In this document: positions 57,893-64,000 of the stretch, in pieces
Numbering within the stretch: the first letter of the stretch is position 1
How the letters are laid out: each line of letters opens with the position of its first letter
DNA from: an uncultured delta proteobacterium
Lineage (GTDB): Bacteria > Desulfobacterota > Binatia > UBA9968
Direction: 5' to 3'
Assembly (NCBI GenBank): GCA_963727625.1
Contig: CAVSHR010000004.1
Coordinates: forward strand, 288,001 to 352,000
Length of the DNA: 64,000 nucleotides
Translations under genes and position numbers: made by a program
The notes under the pieces: generated by a model
What the model was told of the DNA's origin: nothing
The model's database searches: none
The model's input: the letters and a program-made list of their open reading frames with translations, nothing else

Positions 57893-58984
57893 CTATCCCA
57901 CCACGTAACGATCGACCTCCCGGCTGAATTCAAGGCCGAGCCCGGGCTTGCTCGGTACGATCAACTCGCCGTTTACCGGCTCCGGCACTTCCTCGAACAG
58001 CCGAAACGACCAGGGCATGTACTCTACGGTCAAGCCGTTGGGAATCGCCGAGATTAAATGGACGTGGATTTCCGGCAACAGATGGCTCACCACCGGCAGA
58101 TTGAAAGCCTCGGCCATGGCCGCGACTTTCAGCCAGTTCGAGATGCCGCCGACCCGGATAAGATCGATCATAATAATATCCACGGAATGCGCTTCAATCA
58201 TGTGGCGAAACGGCGTGAGGCCGTACAGACACTCCCCGCCCGCCAGCGGTGTGGTCAACGCGTCGGCGACCCGCGCCAGGCCCGAATAATCGTCGTGGGC
58301 AGTGACATCTTCCAGCCAGAAAAAATGCACATCCTCGACGCGTTTGCCGATGTCGATGGCCTGATGCACGGACCAGCGCTGATTGATGTCGCACATGAGG
58401 TCGATATCGGGACCCACCGCTTCACGCATGATGTGCGCGCGCTCGACTTCTTTGTTCGGCGTCGTATCGCCGGGAACCGCTAGTTGAGTCTTCATTTGTT
58501 TGAAGCCCTTTTCGACGAGCCGTTGCCCCGCCTTGACCAGATGATCGAGCGGGTAGGCGCGCACCAGCGCGCCGCTGGCGTAGGTCGGCACGCGCTCGCG
58601 CAAGCCGCCGAGCATGGCGCCGAGCGATTGACCGAGCTCTTTGCCCTTGATATCCCAGAGCGCCATGTCAATGCCGGCGACCGCCAGAGTCAAGATTCCG
58701 CCCGGCCCCGCGCTGGCCCCGGCGGTGCGCAGCTTGTGCGTCAGTGCGTCGACGCGCCGGGGATCTTCGCCGACGATCAATTCGCCGAGCTGGTCGATGG
58801 CCTGTTTTAACGTAGCGCTCAGCGCGCCGCCGAAAAAGCTCACGCCAATGCCTTCGATTCCCCCATCGGTCTCGACTCTTAAAATGACAAACTGATTATG
58901 CGAGCGAGCATAGGGCGGCCCGCCTGCCAGAGGCTCGTCAAGAGGCACGCGCACCACCTGCGATCGGATCCGTTTAATTTTCAT
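57893..58984 (-). CDS. Mandelate racemase / muconate lactonizing enzyme (enolase superfamily)
   Basis: IDMALWDIKGK; LMCDINQ; WLED; AGGE; VVSHL. Confidence 0.92.
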   Translation of the reverse strand: MKIKRIRSQVVRVPLDEPLAGGPPYARSHNQFVILRVETDGGIEGIGVSFFGGALSATLKQAIDQLGELIVGEDPRRVDALTHKLRTAGASAGPGGILTLAVAGIDMALWDIKGKELGQSLGAMLGGLRERVPTYASGALVRAYPLDHLVKAGQRLVEKGFKQMKTQLAVPGDTTPNKEVERAHIMREAVGPDIDLMCDINQRWSVHQAIDIGKRVEDVHFFWLEDVTAHDDYSGLARVADALTTPLAGGECLYGLTPFRHMIEAHSVDIIMIDLIRVGGISNWLKVAAMAEAFNLPVVSHLLPEIHVHLISAIPNGLTVEYMPWSFRLFEEVPEPVNGELIVPSKPGLGLEFSREVDRYVVG

Positions 58985-59216
58985 AAGCTCTCCCGGTCTG
59001 AATTCGTAACGGCGGCATCAATGATCGGTAAACAATTGGGGAGATCACCCTGCCCGTTGTGCCTCATGATAGCACTACAGGACGATCGCTGCGGGTTGTA
59101 AGTCATGGATGATCCGACTGACGTGTTCCGGCCTAGCCGAATTCTCATCCCTCTTCGAGCCCATCGCCTCATATACGCAGCAGCTTTATCTTGTTAAGAT
59201 GTTCATTGTTACCGCT

Positions 59217-59813
59217 ATGATCATTATGCCGTCCCAAGCACGGCGCGCCTACCTTGGCCGTCTCAAACCCTATCTGACAACGAGTTTGCTGTTGTTCGGC
59301 ATCGGAATCGTCATCGGTCTGATGATCATGCAGCGCTATCCTTCTTTGGCCGGCTATTTTGCAGATACGCTCGCCAATTTCGTCAAAAATTTTGCCGGTA
59401 TGCCGCGAATCCAGTTGGCCGCCGCAATCTTTTTAAACAACGCGCTGAAAACTCTTTTCGCCATTCTGTTCGGTACCTTGCTGGGAATCGTCCCGGCGAT
59501 TTTCCTGCTCGGGAACGGCGTCGCCCTGGGCGTTGCCTGGACCTTGTCCTCAGACGCTCGCGGGCCATGGCTTTCCCTGTTGAGCCTCCTGCCCCATGGC
59601 ATACTCGAGTTGCCGGCGGTCTTTCTCGGCACCAGCATCGGGCTCATGATCGGCCTCACCGCATTCAAACGACTGACCCGACGTGGCGAAACCACGGTCG
59701 CTAGCGAGCTCGCCCAAGCGCTGCAGTATTTCTGCACCGTGATCGTTCCGCTGTTGCTCGCTGCCGCCCTGGTCGAAGCTTTCATAACCGCTGCCCTGGT
59801 TACACCGCGATAA
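59217..59813 (+). CDS. SpoIIM/DUF95 family membrane protein; start uncertain
   Basis: IFLNN; NGVALG; LPHGILELPA; AALVEAFIT. Confidence 0.88.
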   Translation: MIIMPSQARRAYLGRLKPYLTTSLLLFGIGIVIGLMIMQRYPSLAGYFADTLANFVKNFAGMPRIQLAAAIFLNNALKTLFAILFGTLLGIVPAIFLLGNGVALGVAWTLSSDARGPWLSLLSLLPHGILELPAVFLGTSIGLMIGLTAFKRLTRRGETTVASELAQALQYFCTVIVPLLLAAALVEAFITAALVTPR

Positions 59814-59880
59814 CCCGTCGTTGCACGCGACTTCCTCAAGTTTACAGCAAAGTTGTTACGCGCCGTTATTCGAATCTCCT

Positions 59881-60315
59881 TTAAATCTGTCGTGTCATCG
59901 TAAGCCTGATCGGAGACTGGCGCGCAAGCTGTTCGCTGGTTTTGCGCAGCTCCGCCGCGGAATACTCCCGCGTCTCAGTTAAATTGCCCCATACCGGCGC
60001 CGGCCAACAGGGGTCGCCGGGTCTGCGGCCGACGATGTGGAGATGCAGCTGCGGCACGAAGTTGCCGATGGCGGCGAAATTCACTTTGGGGTAACCGAGC
60101 GCTTTTTTAATAAATCCCGAGATCGCCGCAGCCTCGTGCATCGCGGTATGGCGCACATCGTCCGGCAGATCGAGCAGGTCGACGGCATCGGTTTCCGGCA
60201 CCAGAATAAACCAGGGCAGCGACGCATTTTTATGGAGCAGGATATGGCATCGCGGCATCCTGCCGAGGCAATGCGAGTCAATCAGTAGCCGGCGGTGGAT
60301 TTCAAACTGAGCCAT
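59881..60315 (-). CDS. HIT family protein
   Basis: PWFILVP; KVNFAAIGN.VPQLHLHIVGR..DPCWPAPVWG. Confidence 0.9.
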   Translation of the reverse strand: MAQFEIHRRLLIDSHCLGRMPRCHILLHKNASLPWFILVPETDAVDLLDLPDDVRHTAMHEAAAISGFIKKALGYPKVNFAAIGNFVPQLHLHIVGRRPGDPCWPAPVWGNLTETREYSAAELRKTSEQLARQSPIRLTMTRQI

Positions 60316-60341
60316 CGGATGGAGAGTCCTCTTCGTTGAAT

Positions 60342-61523
60342 TTATTTGACATCGGCCGCGCAGCGAAAGCCGGTCGCATCGTCAAGATGGCCGGGACTGG
60401 CGTGCATTCTTTTAGTCGCCGCGATTCTTACCGCGGTGTCGTACCACCCGCCGCCTCTTAGGACTTTTGCCGCACCGGTTTCGGGTCCTTTCGGATTTCG
60501 TGTTTCGGCGGAGGAGAAGCTTTCCGAGTACCAGTCGTTTACCCACTCCGCTACGTTGCCGGCAAGATCAAAAACGCCGAAGGGACTCATCCCCTTGGGA
60601 TATTTTCCCACCGGGGAAACGCCGTCTTGGTAAACTGGATTTTGGTAAGGCATGCCGAATCGCGCTTGAGCGTCGGCCGGCTCATCGTTGCCCCAAGGAT
60701 ACTTTCGCCCGTCGCCGCCGCGCGCGGCCTTTTCCCACTCCGCGTCCGTCGGCAAGCGCTTGCCGGCCCAGCGACAATAATTGGCGGCATCATGCCAATC
60801 GACCCCGACCACCGGTAGATCGCCGATCGCAGCGATCTCCCCCTGGGGCCAATCCTCGGGAATCTTTACATTCCCCGTGGCCTTTAAAAACCCGGCGTAG
60901 CGCGACAGCGTGACTTCAAATTTGTCCAAATAAAATGCATCAAGAAAGAGTTCCCGGCGCGGCGAATTTTCGTCGTCGCCCATGATAAAACTTCCCGCCG
61001 GGATCAGAACCGCCGGAGCGCCATCCTTGCCGACCGGCGGATGATTCTGCCGGACCTTTATGCCGTAAAGTACGCCGCCCCAAACGGCCGCGATCAGCGC
61101 CAGACCGGCACCCATTTGCTTCAGCCGCTTGCGGCGAAAATCGCCGGCAATGCGGGACACCTCCGCGCCTACACTCGCTGCGATATTGCCGTCCGGGCGG
61201 TAAATCGTTATGGCTTTGAGCGACGCCGGTATCGCCGTAAAATCGGCCTCACCGAGCGCCACCGGCAGAAGTTTTATTCGCGATCTCTCGGCGACCTCCA
61301 GCTCGCTGAGCGTATAACTCCGCTTATCGATTGCGTTGGCCGAGAGCAAAAAGATGAAAAGATGCGAACTTTCGATCGCCTGGCGGATGCGATTGTGAAA
61401 CTCATCGCCGGCGGGCAGATCGGCGCGATCGAAGAATACCTTGTGTCCCTGATCGCGAAGCGCCAGATAGATAGCTTTCGCCGCCTCGCGATCTTCGGAG
61501 GCGTAACTAAGAAAAATTCTCAT
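60342..61523 (-). CDS. TIR - transmembrane - FGE-sulfatase (SUMF1) domain protein
   Basis: IFLSYASED..VFFDR..LPAG..FLLS..YTLSEL TIR; TM GLALIAAVWGGVLYG; IPAGSFIMG, RLPTDAEWEKAARG, DLAGNVAEW, RGGGW, GFRCA. Confidence 0.88.
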   Translation of the reverse strand: MRIFLSYASEDREAAKAIYLALRDQGHKVFFDRADLPAGDEFHNRIRQAIESSHLFIFLLSANAIDKRSYTLSELEVAERSRIKLLPVALGEADFTAIPASLKAITIYRPDGNIAASVGAEVSRIAGDFRRKRLKQMGAGLALIAAVWGGVLYGIKVRQNHPPVGKDGAPAVLIPAGSFIMGDDENSPRRELFLDAFYLDKFEVTLSRYAGFLKATGNVKIPEDWPQGEIAAIGDLPVVGVDWHDAANYCRWAGKRLPTDAEWEKAARGGDGRKYPWGNDEPADAQARFGMPYQNPVYQDGVSPVGKYPKGMSPFGVFDLAGNVAEWVNDWYSESFSSAETRNPKGPETGAAKVLRGGGWYDTAVRIAATKRMHASPGHLDDATGFRCAADVK

Positions 61524-61618
61524 CGAGGCAAGGCAAAGACGCGTTCTCGTCGAAAATAAGTGGATACCTTTGCTTAGGATGACGATTTAATTTTGTTGCA
61601 AGCTTCGGCTAAAGGTTT

Positions 61619-62689
61619 CTATTTGACTCGCTGCGGCAGGACCTCTTTCAGATTATTTCGCGCTTTGCGGATGATCGCCTCGGACGTTGGCCAATCGATG
61701 CAGGGATCGGTGACCGAACAACCGTATTTGAGCTTGGAGAGGTCGGCGGGGATCGGCTGGTTGCCGCCCTCGATGTTGCTCTCGATCATCAGGCCGACGA
61801 TCGACTGATTGCCCTCGCGGATCTGGTGCACGCAGTCCGACATCACCAGCGTCTGCAGGTTGTGATCTTTGAAACAGTTCGAGTGCGAGCAGTCGACCAC
61901 GATGTTCGGTGCGAATTTGGCCTCGGTCAGCGCCTTTTCAGTCATGGAAATGCTGACAGTGTCATAGTTCGGGCGCTCGCCGCCGCGCAGCACGATGTGA
62001 CCGTAGGCGTTGCCGCGCGTGCGCACGATCGCAGTGCGCCCTTGCGCATTGATGCCGAGAAAGCTGTGCGCCCGGGCGGCGGACTTGACCCCGTTGATGG
62101 CGACTTCGGTGTTGCCGTCCGTAGCGTTCTTGAATCCCACCGGCGTGGACAGGCCGGACGCCATTTCCCGGTGCGTTTGGGACTCGGAGGTGCGCGCGCC
62201 GATCGCCGTCCAGGAAATCAGATCGCCCAAGTACTGTGGCCCGATCGGATCGAGCGCTTCGGTGGCGGCCGGCAGCCCGAGCTCGTTGACCTGCAACAAA
62301 AACGCGCGCGCCTTCTCCATGCCTTCTTCGATGTGGAAGGAGTCGTCCATGCCCGGGTCGTTGATGAATCCTTTCCAGCCCACCGAAGTGCGCGGTTTTT
62401 CAAAATAGACGCGCATCACCAGAAACAGCGTGTCGCGCACTTCGTCGGCCAGTTTTTTCAACCGCTGGGCGTAGTCGTAGCCGGCGATCGTGTCGTGAAT
62501 CGAGCAAGGACCGACCACGATGAAGAGCCGGTGGTCTTTGCGATTGAGAATGCGCTTGACCGTGTCGCGCCCTTCCAAAACGGTCTGGCAGGCTATGTCG
62601 GAGATCGGCACACGGGCGTGGATCTCGGCGGGCGACAACATCACATCCAGCGCCGCGATATTCAAATTTTCTAAAGGTTGACGGGCCAT
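61619..62689 (-). CDS. aroG: 3-deoxy-7-phosphoheptulonate (DAHP) synthase, class Ia (AroF/G/H type)
   Basis: VGPCSIHD; MRVYFEKPRTSVGWKG; IGARTSESQTHREMASG; DCSHSN; YGCSVTDPCIDW; isoenzyme identity uncertain. Confidence 0.93.
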   Translation of the reverse strand: MARQPLENLNIAALDVMLSPAEIHARVPISDIACQTVLEGRDTVKRILNRKDHRLFIVVGPCSIHDTIAGYDYAQRLKKLADEVRDTLFLVMRVYFEKPRTSVGWKGFINDPGMDDSFHIEEGMEKARAFLLQVNELGLPAATEALDPIGPQYLGDLISWTAIGARTSESQTHREMASGLSTPVGFKNATDGNTEVAINGVKSAARAHSFLGINAQGRTAIVRTRGNAYGHIVLRGGERPNYDTVSISMTEKALTEAKFAPNIVVDCSHSNCFKDHNLQTLVMSDCVHQIREGNQSIVGLMIESNIEGGNQPIPADLSKLKYGCSVTDPCIDWPTSEAIIRKARNNLKEVLPQRVK

Positions 62690-63197
62690 AATCTTGGTTA
62701 TGTTTCTTGGAACGACTACCCGGACTTATAATTTTTTATACAATAGCACGACAAAACGATCTGCGGGAGTCTCGACCGGGGGACATCGAATGGGATTTAC
62801 CGCAAAACATTTGGCGCGAAAAAGTGTCGGCGCCTCGTATTCTGGTGGGCCGGCGACGTTAAGAATTATTTGCGCAATCCGCGAAAATTTTTAACCCGAG
62901 TAATACAGAGCGTCATCGCTTCTAGCGCCACTCGAGAGCCACAGGCGATCCAATTCCGCGGCCGTCGCCGGCGGCGCAACGCCAACGAGCATCAGCAAAA
63001 CAACTAGACCGCCGCCGCTCCATACGAGCGAATTATACACCTCATGTCCGTCAGCGTATTACGAATGCTTCCGGTTTAGGATCACAAAAAATCTGTCGAG
63101 TATTTCGCCGCCTTGATATCGGCGTCGAGCAACTTCCCGGTGATCAAAACATGATTATCTTCTCTTCCGAATCGATACTATCGCAGCAGCTTACTTT

Positions 63198-63686
63198 CTA
63201 CCGAGCCGAGCCAATGGCGCGGCGGCGCTCGAGGCTTTCCTCCGGCCAATGTTCGTTGCGATCGTAATACTCGGTCACCGCGGGCGTGTCCAACGGCAGC
63301 ACGACCCAGGGCTGCTTGGATGAAGTGAAAATATGAATATCGGGAGGCAGCCGGTCAGGCTCGTCGAGCGTTCCAACACGAACAAAACGCACCGTGTCGC
63401 CCATGCCCGCGTAATTGCTCCACAGCGCGATGCGGCAGTTTGGGCAGCGCGCGATTTTTTGTCCCCTGCCGCTGTGCGTCGGCGTGTTCACCGCTTCCGG
63501 CTCGCCTTCTAATAATATTACGCGATCGGCTTCAATCAACGCGTTCAGCGCGAACGACGCGCCGGTTTCGCGCTGACACCAGCGACAGTGACAACAGTGA
63601 ACAAACAGGGGCTCGCTGTTCAACCGGTAGCGCACCGCGCCGCAAGTACATTTGCCTTCGAATGAAAGTGCTTCGCGAGCCAGCAT
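63198..63686 (-). CDS. GFA/CENP-V family Zn protein
   Basis: GKCTCGAVRY; CCHCRWCQRETG; CPNC..LWS; PPDIHIFTSSKQPW; SD GGAG before ATG 63686. Confidence 0.92.
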   Translation of the reverse strand: MLAREALSFEGKCTCGAVRYRLNSEPLFVHCCHCRWCQRETGASFALNALIEADRVILLEGEPEAVNTPTHSGRGQKIARCPNCRIALWSNYAGMGDTVRFVRVGTLDEPDRLPPDIHIFTSSKQPWVVLPLDTPAVTEYYDRNEHWPEESLERRRAIGSAR

Positions 63687-63837
63687 GGGCAGCTCCGTTT
63701 CTGTGACCAGAAAATTCAGCGGATTAAAGCAACCTCCACCTGTCGTAACGCATAATCCCGCGGCAAGTCTCGAAGGACTCGTCGTTGTATTTCCACTATG
63801 GCGATCCGCTTGCTGCGAGAACCGTCCGAAGAAGGCA

Positions 63838-64000
63838 TCAATTGCGCCCTGCAACGGCTCTGACGAAACTCCAATCGGTCACTTGTCGCTCAGGAATCGC
63901 CCGTTTCAGCCCGAGGGTCTGCTCGTCCAGACGCAGCTCATTGGCGAGGCTCTTCTTTCCGATATCTCCCTGTTCGTTCAATGACCGGACTGCAAAGTCA
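63838..64000 (-). CDS. 3' end of a gene running off the window, probably another NMT1/SsuA-like SBP
   Basis: Hand translation ..DFAVRSLNEQGDIGKKSLANELRLDEQTLGLKRAIPERQVTDWSFVRAVAGRN*; frame open to the window edge; absent from the ORF track. Confidence 0.6.
   Translation of the reverse strand, partial: DFAVRSLNEQGDIGKKSLANELRLDEQTLGLKRAIPERQVTDWSFVRAVAGRN

Noticed and set aside
1-64000. CRISPR arrays, tRNA/rRNA, transposases, integron integrase, prophage genes
   Set aside because: None recognised by eye; short ncRNAs cannot be excluded without covariance searches.

Overview
A 64-kb, GC-rich, gene-dense bacterial chromosomal segment. No rRNA, tRNA or CRISPR array is visible. The gene content (seven amidohydrolase_2 paralogues, orphan NMT1/SsuA-type substrate-binding proteins, a phthalate-dioxygenase-like Rieske subunit, a Pht5-like protein, an F420-type LLM, cupins, tandem SDRs) resembles Ca. 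Binatia/Binatota-type genomes; this taxonomy is inference. Housekeeping and stress genes include the recQ 3' end, hsp20-lon, a DTW-domain tRNA modifier, dnaE2, can, tag, an FKBP and a class Ia DAHP synthase. Structure not shown by the ORF track: (1) an integrase-less integron cassette array (CALIN) directly upstream of dnaE2, with a 163-aa unknown cassette and an RHH/RelE toxin-antitoxin cassette, each bounded by complementary R boxes, interleaved with a ~410-bp diverged duplicate of the dnaE2 5' end and upstream region; (2) two single-pass TIR-domain receptors with different extracytoplasmic domains (PDZ; FGE-sulfatase) within 5.3 kb; (3) a stand-alone MORC-like GHKL ATPase; (4) several unannotated gene remnants (nirK-like, SBP, MOSC) and several families of intergenic palindromic repeats. 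All family assignments come from motif recognition by eye; no database searches were run.
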